DNA of 56,950 nucleotides, taken from contig JBLYYR010000238.1 of assembly GCA_048550195.1 (NCBI GenBank), positions 1 through 56,950 of the forward strand. The letters are read 5' to 3'. The DNA is from Arenicellales bacterium (GTDB lineage: Bacteria > Pseudomonadota > Gammaproteobacteria > BMS3Bbin11). The translations under genes were made by a program, and so were the position numbers. Below the pieces are notes generated by a model. The model was not told the origin of the DNA and did not search any database. It was given only the letters and a program-made list of their open reading frames with translations. Below are positions 36,456 through 51,053 of the stretch, piece after piece; positions within the stretch are counted from its first letter, which is position 1; the number at the start of each line of letters is the position of its first letter.

Positions 36456-36917
36456 CTAAAACGGTACATCATCATCAAAATCATCACTCGGCGGGGTACT
36501 AGCCTGCGGCGCAGCCTGCTGTTGTGCCGGCGCAGCATTCTGCTGCGATGTATTCCAGGCGGCATCACCACCACCGCCCGGTCTCCCCCCCAGCATTTGC
36601 ATCTCGTTAGCCACAATTTCAGTTGTGTAGCGGTCCTGGCCATCCTGGCCCTGCCATTTGCGCGTTTGCAGGCGGCCTTCGATATAGACCTGGCTGCCCT
36701 TTTTCAGATATTCACCAACAATTTCAGCCAGCCTGTTAAAGAAAACAACCCTGTGCCATTCTGTTTTTTCCTGCTTCTCTCCGGTCTGCTTGTCTTTCCA
36801 TGATTCGGAGGTCGCGACGGTAATATTAGCCATTGCGCTGCCGCTGGGTGCAAAACGGACTTCCGGATCCTTGCCCAGATTACCAACCAGAATTACCTTA
36901 TTTACTCCTCGTGCCAT
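36456..36917 (-). CDS. ssb: Single-stranded DNA-binding protein
   Basis: [16 protein letters not shown]-terminus and DDDVPF tail. Confidence 0.98.
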   Translation of the reverse strand: MARGVNKVILVGNLGKDPEVRFAPSGSAMANITVATSESWKDKQTGEKQEKTEWHRVVFFNRLAEIVGEYLKKGSQVYIEGRLQTRKWQGQDGQDRYTTEIVANEMQMLGGRPGGGGDAAWNTSQQNAAPAQQQAAPQASTPPSDDFDDDVPF

Positions 36918-37010
36918 TGCTATTGTCTCCTTTTAGATCTCATTTGCGGCTTCTGTCCCTGAAACCTGTTTTAATTAGACTATTGCTAAAGATAAGCTAT
37001 TAATAGTATC

Positions 37011-38402
37011 TCAAATACCCGCAGCTGTCTCATACTTGTCCAGTGCCTGAGGATCGATTAACTCTGAATCGACCTTTACGTATACCACGCCCTGCGGAGC
37101 CATCAGAATGACTTCTATCACACCCTCTATAGCCGATAATTCTACCGCCAGGGTTTTGCCCTGTGACTCAAGATCGGCCAAGCGCAACACACGGGTATCA
37201 AGCAATTTAGGTGGTTTTGCCGGCAGCATGATCAATAGCCAGATGAGTATCAAGCCTGCACACATAAGATATACTCCCTGAGTGCCGTAGGCACCCAGCA
37301 CCAGACCACCCAGCACGCCGCCGAGAAAGGCACCAAAGAATTCTGCACTGTTATAGACGCCAATTGCCGCCCCCTTATTCTGCACCGGGGCAAGACGTGA
37401 AACCAGCGAGGGCATCAGTGATTCCAGGAGATTAAAGCCGGTGAACCAGATAACCATTCCAGAAAGAAACCAGGTTGCCGACTGGACTCCAAAAGCAAAC
37501 ATCAGCTCACCCACCAGCAGCAGGGCGATTCCAACCAGAAAAATTTTCGGGATACGTTTTTTTCGGGTGGTCATCATGACCAGCGGTGCCATCAAAAAAA
37601 CAGACAGCAAGACCACGGGCAGGTAAACACTCCAGTGTGATTCACGCTGAATACCGAGAGATTCAACCAGGGTAAAGGGAACAGCTACAAAAAAAGCCAT
37701 CAGCACCAGGTGTAAATTGAATATCCCGTAATCCAGGCGCAGCAGATGTACATCTTTAAGAATGGCTGAAAATTGTTTTTTCAGGCTGGTCTCGCCACCC
37801 AACGGTACATGGCTGGCGACAGGTGTGGGAACGGCCTTGTAAACAATGAAGATGGCAACGATGGCAAGTACAGCGGTCAGCCAGAATATTCCGGGCACAC
37901 CGAGGCTTCGATCCAGCACCGGCCCTAGTATCAAGGCAACAAAGAAGGAAAAACCAATCGTCATGCCGATGATAGCCATTGCCTTGGTACGCTGTTCTTC
38001 ACGTGTGAGGTCAGAAGCGAGAGCGATAACCGCTGCTGCAATAGCACCGGTGCCCTGCAGCGCCCGACCAATAATGACGCCGGTGATGGAGTCTGCCATG
38101 GCCGCCACCACACTGCCGATGGCAAATATCAGCAGCCCGGCCGCGATCACCCGCTTGCGGCCGAATTTATCTGACATCAGACCAAAAGGAATCTGAAAGA
38201 CCGCCTGCGTAAGACCATACGCGCCAATCGCCACACCGGTCAGAAAGGCTGTATTGCCCTGCAGTTCCTCGGCATATAGCGCGAACACTGGCAGGATTAT
38301 GAACAGCCCTAGCATGCGCAGGCCGAAGACACCCGCCAGCGCACTGACTGCACGCCGCTCCAGTGATGTCATCGGGTACTTGATTCTGCCTTGTTTCTGC
38401 AT
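37011..38402 (-). CDS. yajR: MFS transporter, YajR-like (start 38402 or 38372)
   Basis: LRMLGLFIILPV, SDKFGRK, about 12 TM helices and a C-terminal ferredoxin-like domain; ssb-MFS-uvrA synteny. Confidence 0.85.
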   Translation of the reverse strand: MQKQGRIKYPMTSLERRAVSALAGVFGLRMLGLFIILPVFALYAEELQGNTAFLTGVAIGAYGLTQAVFQIPFGLMSDKFGRKRVIAAGLLIFAIGSVVAAMADSITGVIIGRALQGTGAIAAAVIALASDLTREEQRTKAMAIIGMTIGFSFFVALILGPVLDRSLGVPGIFWLTAVLAIVAIFIVYKAVPTPVASHVPLGGETSLKKQFSAILKDVHLLRLDYGIFNLHLVLMAFFVAVPFTLVESLGIQRESHWSVYLPVVLLSVFLMAPLVMMTTRKKRIPKIFLVGIALLLVGELMFAFGVQSATWFLSGMVIWFTGFNLLESLMPSLVSRLAPVQNKGAAIGVYNSAEFFGAFLGGVLGGLVLGAYGTQGVYLMCAGLILIWLLIMLPAKPPKLLDTRVLRLADLESQGKTLAVELSAIEGVIEVILMAPQGVVYVKVDSELIDPQALDKYETAAGI

Positions 38403-38505
38403 GACCTGCTTGAAATACTCGTGCTAACGTTTAATGAATTCAAAAGCGGATATTTTACTCTGATCACGTTACATATTCATCACGAAAAATAAATACCACA
38501 CTATC

Positions 38506-38596
38506 TGAACCGCAAAGGCGCTATAGCGCTAAAAAACCAATATAATCCATGTAATTGTTTTTTAACCCCTAACGGCCATTGCGTCTTTGCGGTTCA
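38506..38596. repeat. 91-bp inverted-repeat element upstream of uvrA
   Basis: TGAACCGCAAAGGCGCTAT ... ATTGCGTCTTTGCGGTTCA (19 bp, 2 mismatches). Confidence 0.75.
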
Positions 38597-38628
38597 ACAA
38601 TCAATCCCTAAAGAGCAATAATTCAAAA

Positions 38629-41449
<2,821 letters not shown>

Positions 41450-41463
<14 letters not shown>

Positions 41464-41520
41464 AGACTAAAGACTGTCAGAATCATAATCGGTTTTTCAT
41501 CTTTCGTCTTTCGTCTAGAA
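41450..41520. repeat. Heptamer-arm palindromic element overlapping the uvrA stop
   Basis: AAACTAA GGACTGA AGACTAA AGACTGT arm, spacer CAGAATCATAATCGGTTTT, then TCATCTT TCGTCTT TCGTCTA arm. Confidence 0.85.
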
Positions 41521-41530
41521 AATCAAAACT

Positions 41531-42253
41531 TCAGGCCAGGGTAAATAAATCACCTAATTCTAGTCCCAGAACATCTCTGGCGCTCCCCTGATTGGCTGCT
41601 ATCTCAAGCAGGCCATTAGCATTCTCATACCAGAAACAGCCCCCCTGCTCGACTTCTGAAAATGTCCGCGCCCAGGGCACAGACTGGCCCTTAATTTGAA
41701 TATTTGCTTTCATTGATAAACTTGAGTATCGACAACCGGTTATGGCATTGCCAAAGTGATCTATATAGATGATTTCATTTAAATCAGGTTTGAACCTGAG
41801 TGTTTTAGTCTCTAAGCGATGTGCCTGCAGAACTTCCACTTCACTGGATTCTGCAAGCAGGCAGGCGGCAGGGGTATAGACATCACGGGCATGAAAACTG
41901 GAACTTACCTCACCCGGCCACTGAAAATGATATTTTCTGAATCTACGCGTATGTTGCTCGAGTACATCAAAAAGACCATTATCCGGGCCTATATACCAAT
42001 GACCATTGGCTTCGCAGGCTGCATGGGGCCTTTCACTGCCGACACCAGGGTCGACAACACAGACGATGATACTTGCCGGTGGTAAAAAAGCTGAATAGGC
42101 AGGAAGAAGATAAGCGCCCGCACGAATATCATGCGAGGGTAGCGTATGGCAAAGGTCAACAACCTTTGTTTCAGGCAAGGCAGCAGCGATAACCGCATGT
42201 AACTGCCCTACGTACAGTCCGTCGTGGCCAAAATCAGTAAGCAGGGCAATCAA
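41531..42253 (-). CDS. SAM hydrolase / SAM-dependent halogenase family (DUF62)
   Basis: IALLTDFG, VVDPGVGSER, GPDNG, FHARD and YIDHFGNAIT motifs. Confidence 0.9.
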   Translation of the reverse strand: MIALLTDFGHDGLYVGQLHAVIAAALPETKVVDLCHTLPSHDIRAGAYLLPAYSAFLPPASIIVCVVDPGVGSERPHAACEANGHWYIGPDNGLFDVLEQHTRRFRKYHFQWPGEVSSSFHARDVYTPAACLLAESSEVEVLQAHRLETKTLRFKPDLNEIIYIDHFGNAITGCRYSSLSMKANIQIKGQSVPWARTFSEVEQGGCFWYENANGLLEIAANQGSARDVLGLELGDLFTLA

Positions 42254-42324
42254 GCCATTGAGCCCGGAAATTAAGTAACCGTGAAAATGTAACTATCACC
42301 AATGTTTGGTGCTTTTCATTATTT

Positions 42325-42774
42325 TCAGGCCGCTGTTTCCAGGTCTCCACTTGTTTTTCTGATCAGTGGGTAGAGTTTCTCGGTTTCATCCTGAATACGC
42401 TGCAGTACCATATTGAACATATCTTCAGTTTCCCTCAGAAAACGCTCATGATCACCTATCAGCAGTTCATCAGGGCGTTTGTGCGGACACCACTGCCTTG
42501 TATAGCTACGAATAATCTTCTTAATCTCCTGAGAACCTGACATAAAATTTTTCACCAGGTTACGCACGTCTGCGTCATGGTCATTCAGTAAATCGCTATA
42601 CAGGTTCTTGTCCACCAGGTCGATATGTTCATGTACCTTGTCCACATAACGGTGGAAAAGTTCACAGCAGGCCCCTGTATCGCACATAGAGCGCTCTTTG
42701 AACAGATACAGCAACACGTTGGAGAGTTCTGTGATTGAATCATTCTGAGTATTCAGATCGTCATATGTGATCAT
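42325..42774 (-). CDS. Hemerythrin-like four-helix protein (degenerate metal ligands)
   Basis: HEHIDLVDKNLY and RIQDETEKLYP resemble hemerythrin HxxxE..LY repeats; AAGGAG RBS. Confidence 0.55.
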   Translation of the reverse strand: MITYDDLNTQNDSITELSNVLLYLFKERSMCDTGACCELFHRYVDKVHEHIDLVDKNLYSDLLNDHDADVRNLVKNFMSGSQEIKKIIRSYTRQWCPHKRPDELLIGDHERFLRETEDMFNMVLQRIQDETEKLYPLIRKTSGDLETAA

Positions 42775-42820
42775 CTATTTTCTCCTTTCTACCTTTTAGG
42801 TATATCCAGTATATCCATAT

Positions 42821-42978
42821 GGGCACCTCTACTACCCTGGGCATGTCAGATTGTAAATCCAGATTCTTTCACACCAGGGCAAAAAACGTACAGTATAGCT
42901 AGCTATTACATAGATTCTTAACGTAGTGCAGTATTAATTCATTACATTTTGTTCTTCACGCAACAAATAGAGGTGCCC
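42821..42978. mobile_element. 158-bp MITE-like element, copy 2
   Basis: Perfect 11-bp TIR GGGCACCTCTA/TAGAGGTGCCC with TA-N flanks; GTCAGATTGT is shared with copy 1. Confidence 0.7.
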
Positions 42979-43081
42979 GTACATTTTATAGTGCTATTGG
43001 TTGAGAGTATTCACATCCGATGCAACTGTCAACAAGAAGAATTATATTTTCGATTGTTATGCATAATTTCTTACGATGGCC

Positions 43082-43113
43082 AAAAAAAAGACCATGCATA
43101 ATGCACGGCCTTT
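43082..43113 (-). terminator. Rho-independent terminator after rplQ
   Basis: Minus strand reads AAAGGCCGTGCA-TTA-TGCATGGTC-TTTTTTTT. Confidence 0.85.
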
Positions 43114-43136
43114 CCAGGTAATACTGTAAATAGCGG

Positions 43137-43532
43137 CTAATCTTCTGATGCTTCATTACTCTCTGTATCAGCTTTTTCGCGCGTGATCATCTGTACAATA
43201 GCCATAGGGGCTTTATCACCTGGACGGTAACCGCATTTCAGGATACGCAGATAGCCACCTGGACGATCTTTATAATGTACCCCAAGGTCGTCGAACAACT
43301 TGCTTACCATCTGACGATCACGCAGGCGTGAGAATGCCAGCCTACGGTTAGCTACGGTTGAAGTCTTGCCGAGTGTAATCAAAGGCTCTGCATGGCGGCG
43401 CAGCTCTTTTGCTTTAGGCAAGGTGGTGCGGATTTCTTCATGACGAAGAAGAGAAACTGTCATATTTTTGAACATGGCCTTGCGATGAGCGCTGGTCATA
43501 TTCAACTTTCTTCCACTTTTACGATGTCGCAT
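43137..43532 (-). CDS. rplQ: 50S ribosomal protein L17
   Basis: [10 protein letters not shown] and [10 protein letters not shown] motifs. Confidence 0.98.
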   Translation of the reverse strand: MRHRKSGRKLNMTSAHRKAMFKNMTVSLLRHEEIRTTLPKAKELRRHAEPLITLGKTSTVANRRLAFSRLRDRQMVSKLFDDLGVHYKDRPGGYLRILKCGYRPGDKAPMAIVQMITREKADTESNEASED

Positions 43533-43543
43533 TTGTGTAACCT

Positions 43544-44554
43544 CTACAATCCTGTAGCCGTTTCTTCATCACTGCTTTGAATCAGCGAAGCGGGTGGCCA
43601 TACTTCAAGTTTGGTACCAAGAGAAAGCCCATTCTGTGCCAGAACATCCTTTATCTCTGTTAATGATTTTTTACCTAAATTCGGCGTCTTCAGAAGTTCA
43701 CTTTCATCTCGCTGAACCAGATCACCAATGTAAAATATATTTTCGGCCTTCAGGCAATTTGCAGATCGGACAGTCAGTTCCAGGTCATCGACCGGGCGCA
43801 GCAAGATCGGATCTATCGGTGGCTCTTCCGGCTCTTCTGGCTCTGGTTCTTTGACTTTCAGATCAACAAACACTGAAATCTGTTCATAAAGAATGGTTGC
43901 GGCCATGCGAATTGATTGTTCAGGATCAATCGTACCGTTTGTTTCAAGTGTAAAGATTAGCTTATCCAGATCTGTACGCTGCTCTACACGAGCGGATTCT
44001 ACATCGTATGATACCTGGCGCACTGGACTGTATGATGCATCAAGCTTGATTACACCAATACTGGTAGTATCTTCATCATTCTTGCGTGAAACGGCCGTGT
44101 GATAGCCTCTGCCCTGGGTAACATCAAGTTCCATCTCCAATTCAACTTTTTTGTTGATATGGGCAATAACAAGTTCAGGGTTGGCGATCATTACATCATG
44201 CTCTGCAGCAAGATCACCTGCCGTTAATTCACCGGGGCCTTTTTTCTTTATGTGGAGTTTTGCACTCTCTCTACCTTCGAGCGAAAGCGCTACACTCTTG
44301 AGATTCATCAGTATTTCCAGTACATCTTCCTGCACACCTTCGATGCTGTCATATTCATGATCAACGCCGGTAATTTTTACTTCTGAGATTGCATAACCGG
44401 TAATGGATGACAGCAGGATGCGACGCACGGCTGTACCCAGTGTAAAGCCGAACCCGCGTTCCAGCGGTTCGATAGTTACGCGTGCGTGATTGTCATCAAT
44501 TTTTGTGACATCAACAAAACGTGGTTTCAGAAAATCTATTACTGAATCTGACAT
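43544..44554 (-). CDS. rpoA: RNA polymerase alpha subunit
   Basis: EPLERGFG and [12 protein letters not shown] motifs. Confidence 0.98.
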   Translation of the reverse strand: MSDSVIDFLKPRFVDVTKIDDNHARVTIEPLERGFGFTLGTAVRRILLSSITGYAISEVKITGVDHEYDSIEGVQEDVLEILMNLKSVALSLEGRESAKLHIKKKGPGELTAGDLAAEHDVMIANPELVIAHINKKVELEMELDVTQGRGYHTAVSRKNDEDTTSIGVIKLDASYSPVRQVSYDVESARVEQRTDLDKLIFTLETNGTIDPEQSIRMAATILYEQISVFVDLKVKEPEPEEPEEPPIDPILLRPVDDLELTVRSANCLKAENIFYIGDLVQRDESELLKTPNLGKKSLTEIKDVLAQNGLSLGTKLEVWPPASLIQSSDEETATGL

Positions 44555-44598
44555 TCCTTTCCCTCTTGTATGGGCTGATACTTGTGTTACTACTCTGA

Positions 44599-45225
44599 TT
44601 ACTTCGAGTACAGTGCGATAACGAGAGACTCGTCAATCTCACCTGGTAGGTCACTGCGGTCCGGGGTAACTCGATAAACACCTTTCATTGCCTTAAAGTC
44701 AACATCAAGCCAGTCGGCAACACCGCGCTGCTCAGCTGCTTCAAGTGCTGCTGTGACACGAATCTGCTGTTTAGCTGATTCAGTAACAGTGATTTCGTCA
44801 CTCGGGCGTACCTGGTAAGAAGGGATATTAAGACGCCTGCCATTTACCAGTATGCAGTTATGACGCAGCAGTTGGCGTGATTCCGCTCTAGATGCGCCAA
44901 ATCCCATGCGATATATTACATTATCAAGACGGCCTTCCAGCAGTTTCAGAAGATTATCACCAGTAGAACCTTTTATACGGTCGGCTTCTTTATAGTAATC
45001 AAGAAACTGCTTTTCCATCACACCATAAATGCGGCGCAACTTCTGCTTTTCCCTTAATTGGAGACCATAATCCGAGACACGCGTACGTCGCTGTCCATGT
45101 TGTCCTGGCGGGTATGCACGTTTCTCAACCGCACATTTGTCTGTAAAGCATCGCTCGCCTTTGAGATAAAGTTTGCCACCTTCACGACGGCACAAACGAC
45201 AGACTGATCCTATATATCTTGCCAC
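44599..45225 (-). CDS. rpsD: 30S ribosomal protein S4
   Basis: [13 protein letters not shown] and QLREKQK motifs; GTG start. Confidence 0.98.
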   Translation of the reverse strand: MARYIGSVCRLCRREGGKLYLKGERCFTDKCAVEKRAYPPGQHGQRRTRVSDYGLQLREKQKLRRIYGVMEKQFLDYYKEADRIKGSTGDNLLKLLEGRLDNVIYRMGFGASRAESRQLLRHNCILVNGRRLNIPSYQVRPSDEITVTESAKQQIRVTAALEAAEQRGVADWLDVDFKAMKGVYRVTPDRSDLPGEIDESLVIALYSK

Positions 45226-45243
45226 AGTTAAATCTCCGGATGA

Positions 45244-45639
45244 TTAGACGCGGCGCCGTTTTGACGGGCGGCAACCATTATGAGGGATAGGTGTAACATC
45301 CGAAATATTACTGATCTCGAATCCTACAGAATTGAGTGCACGTATGGCCGAGTCACGGCCGGGCCCAGGGCCTTTGACACGAACTTCCAGGTGCCTGACA
45401 CCCATGTCTCTAGCATCTTTTCCAGCATGCTCAGCTGCGACCTGTGCAGCAAAAGGAGTACTCTTTCTTGAACCTCTAAAACCTGAACCACCTGCAGTTT
45501 TCCAGCACAGGGCATTACCCTGCCTGTCTGTAATGGTGATTATTGTGTTGTTAAAGGTTGCATGAATGTGAGCAATGCCTTCTGAGACATTCTTTTTTAC
45601 ACGCTTTTTGCCTTTTGAACTTGATGCTGGTTTAGCCAT
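45244..45639 (-). CDS. rpsK: 30S ribosomal protein S11
   Basis: RKSTPFAAQ and [12 protein letters not shown] motifs. Confidence 0.98.
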   Translation of the reverse strand: MAKPASSSKGKKRVKKNVSEGIAHIHATFNNTIITITDRQGNALCWKTAGGSGFRGSRKSTPFAAQVAAEHAGKDARDMGVRHLEVRVKGPGPGRDSAIRALNSVGFEISNISDVTPIPHNGCRPSKRRRV

Positions 45640-45673
45640 AATTTAACTCTGTGTGCTGTATTTATAGATGTTC

Positions 45674-46030
45674 TTATCTACGAATTGCCCTGGTTGGGCC
45701 TTTACGTGTGCGTGCATTAGTTTTGGTACGCTGACCCCGCACAGGAAGTCCGCGACGGTGCCGTATACCACGGTATGAACCCATATCCATAAGACGTTTG
45801 ATGTTCATTGTCGTTTCACGGCGAAGGTCACCTTCCACATCAAATTTTCCGACCTCAATACGCAACTGCTCTGCATCAGCATCACTTAAATCACTGCACT
45901 TTGTATCCGGTTTCACACCTGCCGCCTCGCAAATCTTGCGTGAACGTGTGTTGCCTATGCCGTAAATGGAAGTCAATCCAATCACAACATGCTTGTAATT
46001 TGGTAAATTTATACCTGCTATACGTGCCAT
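45674..46030 (-). CDS. rpsM: 30S ribosomal protein S13
   Basis: [10 protein letters not shown] and [18 protein letters not shown] motifs. Confidence 0.98.
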   Translation of the reverse strand: MARIAGINLPNYKHVVIGLTSIYGIGNTRSRKICEAAGVKPDTKCSDLSDADAEQLRIEVGKFDVEGDLRRETTMNIKRLMDMGSYRGIRHRRGLPVRGQRTKTNARTRKGPTRAIRR

Positions 46031-46181
46031 CGAAGGCTCTCCGCTATGGAATTAGTGCAAAATTGAAAAGCGCGTAAGGATACTGTTCTTTACGCACAAA
46101 ATCAATCAATTGTTTACTATACAAACGTCTGACTGGGCCATTAACAATAATGTTGATAGCTTTTTCGGCTTTTGTATAACT

Positions 46182-46295
46182 TTAACCCTGGCGCTGTTTA
46201 TGGCGCGGGTCTTTACAGATTACGCGTACAACTCTTTTACGAATAACGATTTTGCAATCTCTGCAACGCTTCTTTACTGATGCCTGTACTTTCAT
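46182..46295 (-). CDS. rpmJ: 50S ribosomal protein L36 (not in the ORF track)
   Basis: Manual translation [37 protein letters not shown]. Confidence 0.97.
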   Translation of the reverse strand: MKVQASVKKRCRDCKIVIRKRVVRVICKDPRHKQRQG

Positions 46296-46306
46296 TTTCC
46301 TTTACC

Positions 46307-47650
46307 TCAACTTCCTAAACCCAATCCGCTACCGGACAGGTTTGTCTTTTTCAGCAGACTTTCATACTGACGTGACATCAGATGAGACTGAATCTGCGAG
46401 ATGAAATCCATAATTACTACTACGATAATCAGCAATGATGTACCACCAAAATAAAATGGCACATTCCATTTAACAATCAGAAACTCAGGCACCAGACAAA
46501 CAAAGGTAATATAGGCGGCACCAACCAGAGTTAGTCTGGATACTACCCCATCAATATAATTTGCTGTTTGTTCACCAGGACGAATCCCGGGTACAAATGC
46601 ACCTGATTTCTTCAGGTTATCCGCTGTTTCCTTCGGATTAAAAATCATCGCCGTATAGAAGAAGCAGAAGAATATAATTAACGCAGCATATAGCATTACA
46701 TACAAAGGCTGACCCGGTGACAATGCAGTCGACAGGTCTCTTAACCAACGCATTCCTTCAGCCTGCCCGAACCAGCTACCAAGACTGGCTGGAAAAAGTA
46801 TGATACTTGAAGCGAAAATAGGTGGAATGACGCCTGCCATATTTACCTTCAAGGGCAAATAACTGCTTTGCCCGGCATACATTTTTCTACCACGCTGACG
46901 TTGTGCGTAGTTAATCGTAACCCTTCTCTGGCCACGTTCCATAAAGACAACAAAGCCGGTTATTGCTAATGCGCCAACCAGCAGTAATAACACGCCAATT
47001 GGTGAAAATGTTCCTGTCCGTGCCAGTTCCATGGTTCCACCCAGTGCTGATGGCAGTCCTGCTACGATACCGGCAAATATTATTAAGGAGATACCGTTAC
47101 CGATCCCTCTTTCAGTCATCTGTTCACCCAGCCAAACCAGAAACATAGTTCCAGCGACCAGTGTAACCACCGTTGTTATCTTGAAACCCAGCCCTGCTGC
47201 AATAACAATGTTCAAACCGCCCGCTGTCTGGCTTTCCATTGCGATGGCGATACCCAGTGCCTGGAACGTAGCCAGTACTACTGTGCCATAACGGGTGTAT
47301 TGCGTAATCTTGCGACGACCACTTTCGCCTTCCTTCTTTAGCTGTTCCAGTGTCGGAATAACCGAAGTCATCATCTGCATAATAATAGAGGATGAGATAT
47401 ATGGCATCACACCCAGGGCAAACAATGACAGGCGACTCAATGCGCCACCTGAAAACATATTAAACACATCAACAATTGAGCCCTTTGTTTGAGCAAACAA
47501 TGTTGCCAGTGCTTCGGCATTAATGCCGGGAACTGGTATGTGAGCGCCCAGACGAAATATTATCAGCGCACCAATAACAAAGAAAATTCGCTGTTTAAGC
47601 TCGGTCAGCCCACCGGTACTGCTGGCTGCTGGTGTACCACGCTTTGCCAT
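46307..47650 (-). CDS. secY: Preprotein translocase SecY
   Basis: [24 protein letters not shown] and FGGTSLLI motifs. Confidence 0.98.
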   Translation of the reverse strand: MAKRGTPAASSTGGLTELKQRIFFVIGALIIFRLGAHIPVPGINAEALATLFAQTKGSIVDVFNMFSGGALSRLSLFALGVMPYISSSIIMQMMTSVIPTLEQLKKEGESGRRKITQYTRYGTVVLATFQALGIAIAMESQTAGGLNIVIAAGLGFKITTVVTLVAGTMFLVWLGEQMTERGIGNGISLIIFAGIVAGLPSALGGTMELARTGTFSPIGVLLLLVGALAITGFVVFMERGQRRVTINYAQRQRGRKMYAGQSSYLPLKVNMAGVIPPIFASSIILFPASLGSWFGQAEGMRWLRDLSTALSPGQPLYVMLYAALIIFFCFFYTAMIFNPKETADNLKKSGAFVPGIRPGEQTANYIDGVVSRLTLVGAAYITFVCLVPEFLIVKWNVPFYFGGTSLLIIVVVIMDFISQIQSHLMSRQYESLLKKTNLSGSGLGLGS

Positions 47651-48081
47651 TACTCTACTTTACCACCAGCTTTCTCAATCGCTTCTCTTGCACCTTTAGT
47701 CACAGCAATGCCTTTTAGCGTCACGGCTTTTTCGATGGGCCCTGAAAGCATGACTTTGGCGCGAAGGATACGAGTATGTATCAAGCCTGCATTACGTAAT
47801 GCGGCGAGGTCAATTATATCTTCGTTAACTTTGGCCAGTTCATGGGTACGGATTTCGGCCGTCGTCAGCTGCATAGCAGAGCGAAAACCCCGTTTTGGCA
47901 GACGACGTTGCAATGGCATCTGGCCTCCCTCAAAACCAACCTTGTGATAGCCGCCGGATCTTGCCTTCTGACCTTTATGGCCGCGTGCAGATGTTTTGCC
48001 CCATCCGGAACCAATGCCGCGACCGACACGTTTCGGTGCCTTATTTGAACCGGCAGCCGGCTTGATAGTATTCAAATACAT
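47650..48081 (-). CDS. rplO: 50S ribosomal protein L15
   Basis: RVGRGIGSG and GFEGGQMPL motifs; ATG at 48081. Confidence 0.98.
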   Translation of the reverse strand: MYLNTIKPAAGSNKAPKRVGRGIGSGWGKTSARGHKGQKARSGGYHKVGFEGGQMPLQRRLPKRGFRSAMQLTTAEIRTHELAKVNEDIIDLAALRNAGLIHTRILRAKVMLSGPIEKAVTLKGIAVTKGAREAIEKAGGKVE

Positions 48082-48083
48082 GA

Positions 48084-48272
48084 TTACACCTGTTCCCATT
48101 CAAGCAGATAATTGACTTTGTTGATCATGCCGCGAACAGCCGGGGTATCTTCTACCTCAACGGAATGGTGCATGCGACGCAGACCAAGACCTTTTACACA
48201 GGCCATGTGTTTCTTACCACGACCGTACATACTCTTGACGAGCTTAACTTTTAGCATTTTCTTGTCAGCCAT
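48084..48272 (-). CDS. rpmD: 50S ribosomal protein L30
   Basis: GLGLRR and DTPAVRGMI motifs. Confidence 0.97.
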   Translation of the reverse strand: MADKKMLKVKLVKSMYGRGKKHMACVKGLGLRRMHHSVEVEDTPAVRGMINKVNYLLEWEQV

Positions 48273-48291
48273 AATGATGCTCCAGTATCAA

Positions 48292-48801
48292 TCAGTCGCG
48301 CAATTCTTCAACTTTCAGGCCACGCTTGGCAGCAATCTGTGCCGGGCTACTGATATTCTGCAGTCCCTTCATGGTTGCTCTTACAACGTTTACCGGGTTT
48401 GTTGAGCCGATACATTTAGCCAGCACATTTCTTACGCCAGCTGCTTCAAAGACTGCGCGCATACTACCACCAGCAATGATGCCTGTACCCTCTGAACCCG
48501 GACGCATAACCACTTTAGAAGCTGCATGTATGGATTCAACCTTATAGAAAAGAGTGCCATCATCAAGAGCAATGTTTACCATTGATTTTCGTGCTTCTTC
48601 CAGTGCTTTCTGTACAGCAACCGGTACTTCACGGGCCTTGCCACGTCCCATACCCACTTTGCCATTTCCATCACCGACAACAACCAGTGCCGAGAAACCG
48701 AAAATACGGCCACCTTTTACTACTTTTGCTACGCGACGGACACTTACCAGCTTCTCTATGAAATTATCGCGCTTATCGTTTTGCATACGGCGTGCAGCCA
48801 T
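48292..48801 (-). CDS. rpsE: 30S ribosomal protein S5
   Basis: [14 protein letters not shown] motif. Confidence 0.98.
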   Translation of the reverse strand: MAARRMQNDKRDNFIEKLVSVRRVAKVVKGGRIFGFSALVVVGDGNGKVGMGRGKAREVPVAVQKALEEARKSMVNIALDDGTLFYKVESIHAASKVVMRPGSEGTGIIAGGSMRAVFEAAGVRNVLAKCIGSTNPVNVVRATMKGLQNISSPAQIAAKRGLKVEELRD

Positions 48802-48810
48802 AATCGACTC

Positions 48811-49164
48811 CTAAAATTCCAATCCATTTTCACGAGCTGCGTCGGCCAGTGCCTTTACGCGTCCGTGGTATCTGAAACCGGAGCGATCAAATGCTACGCT
48901 CTTGATTCCTGCTTCTACAGCTTTTTCAGCGATTCGTTTGCCAACAGCTGAAGCCGCTTCTATATTTCCACCATTTCCTAGCTCTTTACGCAGTTCAGCT
49001 TCAACAGTTGAAGCACTCGCAAGTATCTTGCCTGTCTCCGCCTGTACTACCTGTGCGTAGATATGCTGTGAGGTACGGTGAATACTCAATCTGTCTGCAC
49101 CCAGTCGGTCGATCTTTGATCGACTTTTCGTGGCTCGACGCATACGTGCTGATTTTTTACTCAT
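48811..49164 (-). CDS. rplR: 50S ribosomal protein L18
   Basis: [20 protein letters not shown] motif. Confidence 0.98.
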   Translation of the reverse strand: MSKKSARMRRATKSRSKIDRLGADRLSIHRTSQHIYAQVVQAETGKILASASTVEAELRKELGNGGNIEAASAVGKRIAEKAVEAGIKSVAFDRSGFRYHGRVKALADAARENGLEF

Positions 49165-49179
49165 TTCTATGACCTATCT

Positions 49180-49713
49180 TTATTTCTTTTTCGCCTGTTT
49201 ACGAACGACGTACTCATCGGTATAGCGAACACCTTTGCCTTTGTATGGCTCGGGTGGCCGATAATGGCGAATTTCTGCTGCCACCTGGCCTACCTTCTGT
49301 TTATCAGCACCCTTTATGACAAGCTCTGTCTGGCTGGGCGCTTCAATAGTAATTCCATCCGGTATCGCATACACAACCGGGTGTGAAAAACCCAGGCTCA
49401 GATTCAGGTTCTTTCCCTGCACCTGTGCACGATAACCCACACCAATGATGGTTAGCTTCTTTTCAAAACCTTTGCTGACTCCGGTAACCAGGTTTGATAG
49501 CAACGCACGGGTAGTGCCTGACATCGCAATGGCTGTTGTGGAATCATCATTTGCGGCAACTTTCAGCACGCCATCTTCCTGGTTTACCGTTACCAGAGGA
49601 TGTTTATACATGGACAACTCACCATTTGGACCTTTCGCAACAATCGTTGTATCGCTGATTGCTACTTCAATACCACCTGGCAATGAAACGGGATTTTTAG
49701 CTATTCGTGACAT
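49180..49713 (-). CDS. rplF: 50S ribosomal protein L6
   Basis: MSRIAK and [10 protein letters not shown] motifs. Confidence 0.98.
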   Translation of the reverse strand: MSRIAKNPVSLPGGIEVAISDTTIVAKGPNGELSMYKHPLVTVNQEDGVLKVAANDDSTTAIAMSGTTRALLSNLVTGVSKGFEKKLTIIGVGYRAQVQGKNLNLSLGFSHPVVYAIPDGITIEAPSQTELVIKGADKQKVGQVAAEIRHYRPPEPYKGKGVRYTDEYVVRKQAKKK

Positions 49714-49725
49714 GATGCACCTATG

Positions 49726-50124
49726 TTAAGCGACGTAACAGATCACTTCGCCACCAACGCCTGCTTTGCGGGCGCTGCGATCGGTCATGATACCTTTCGA
49801 TGTTGATACAATGGTGATACCCAGCCCTTTTTTGACGGTAGGAATATCATCTTTACCTGTGTACACACGGCACCCGGGTTTGCTAACACGTTTAATCATT
49901 TCTATTACAGGACTGCCCTGATAATATTTAAGTGTCAACTTTAACGACGGGAAGCCATTATCGTCTTTCCCTTCAGAAATTGACTTTATATAGCCTTCTG
50001 CCTTTAATACTTCAGCAATTGCCTTTTTGGTACCGGATGTCGGCATGGAAACTGTCGTCATCTCGGCATGATGGGCATTGCGAATACGTGTCAACATATC
50101 GGCAATTGGGTCACTCATACTCAT
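49726..50124 (-). CDS. rpsH: 30S ribosomal protein S8
   Basis: [13 protein letters not shown] motif. Confidence 0.98.
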   Translation of the reverse strand: MSMSDPIADMLTRIRNAHHAEMTTVSMPTSGTKKAIAEVLKAEGYIKSISEGKDDNGFPSLKLTLKYYQGSPVIEMIKRVSKPGCRVYTGKDDIPTVKKGLGITIVSTSKGIMTDRSARKAGVGGEVICYVA

Positions 50125-50171
50125 GTTCGTATCTTCTCAGTGTCGTTTGATTCTGAAATGTCTTGTGTAAA

Positions 50172-50477
50172 TCACCAACTGGCTCTGACTACACCTGGGG
50201 CTTCGCCACGGTTTACAACTTCACGCAGCTTATTGCGTGAAAGTCCAAACTTGCGATAGAAACCGTGTGGTCTACCGGTCATACCACAACGATTACGCTG
50301 GCGTGACCTGCTTGAATCACGCGGTAATTTCTGCAGAGCATACATTGCAGCCATTGCATCTTCAGCTGAAACTTCCGGGTCTACAATCGTCGCCTTTAAC
50401 GCGGTACGCTTTGCGTGCAGCCTGTTTGCTGCGTCCTTGCGACGTTTCTCGCGTGCAATCATTGATTTCTTAGCCAT
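50172..50477 (-). CDS. rpsN: 30S ribosomal protein S14 (long, non-Zn form)
   Basis: [10 protein letters not shown] and [10 protein letters not shown] motifs. Confidence 0.98.
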   Translation of the reverse strand: MAKKSMIAREKRRKDAANRLHAKRTALKATIVDPEVSAEDAMAAMYALQKLPRDSSRSRQRNRCGMTGRPHGFYRKFGLSRNKLREVVNRGEAPGVVRASW

Positions 50478-50479
50478 AG

Positions 50480-51037
50480 TTAACTTTTAACCTGTGTATT
50501 AGCCTTAATCGGGAAATTAAATCCTTTCAACAAAGCGCGCGCCTGGTCATCATTGGCCGCACTGGTAGTAATTGTAATATCCAGTCCGCGAACAGTATCA
50601 ACTTTTTCATAGTCAATTTCCGGAAATACAATTTGTTCTTTCAGACCCATTGAGTAGTTGCCGCGTCCGTCGAATGATTTTGCAGGCATGCCGCGAAAAT
50701 CACGAATACGGGGGATGGCGATGTTCACCAGCCTGTCCAGGAACTCATACATACGCTCCCTGCGCAAGGTTACTTTACAGCCTATCGGCCAACCATCACG
50801 TATCTTGAATCCGGCGATTGACTTACGTGCATAAGTCACAACTGGCTTCTGACCGCTGATCAGCTCCATGTCTTTGACAGCAAACTCCATTACTTTCTTG
50901 TTTGCTACCGCTTCACCAACACCCATATTAAGTGTGATCTTGGTGATCCTTGGGATCTGCATGGCATTATCAAGGGCTAGTTCTTCCTTTAATGCCGGAG
51001 CAATTGTTTCTTTATAGTATTTTTCCAAACGTACCAT
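50480..51037 (-). CDS. rplE: 50S ribosomal protein L5
   Basis: KITLNMGVG and FDGRGNY motifs. Confidence 0.98.
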   Translation of the reverse strand: MVRLEKYYKETIAPALKEELALDNAMQIPRITKITLNMGVGEAVANKKVMEFAVKDMELISGQKPVVTYARKSIAGFKIRDGWPIGCKVTLRRERMYEFLDRLVNIAIPRIRDFRGMPAKSFDGRGNYSMGLKEQIVFPEIDYEKVDTVRGLDITITTSAANDDQARALLKGFNFPIKANTQVKS

Positions 51038-51053
51038 GTCGGTATCCTGCTAT

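Noticed and set aside
38403-38628. LexA (SOS) box upstream of uvrA
   Set aside because: No CTGT-N8-ACAG match was found by eye.
41531-42253. Fluorinase/chlorinase natural-product gene
   Set aside because: The Asp/Arg/His motifs fit the widespread DUF62 SAM hydrolase, and there are no biosynthetic neighbours.
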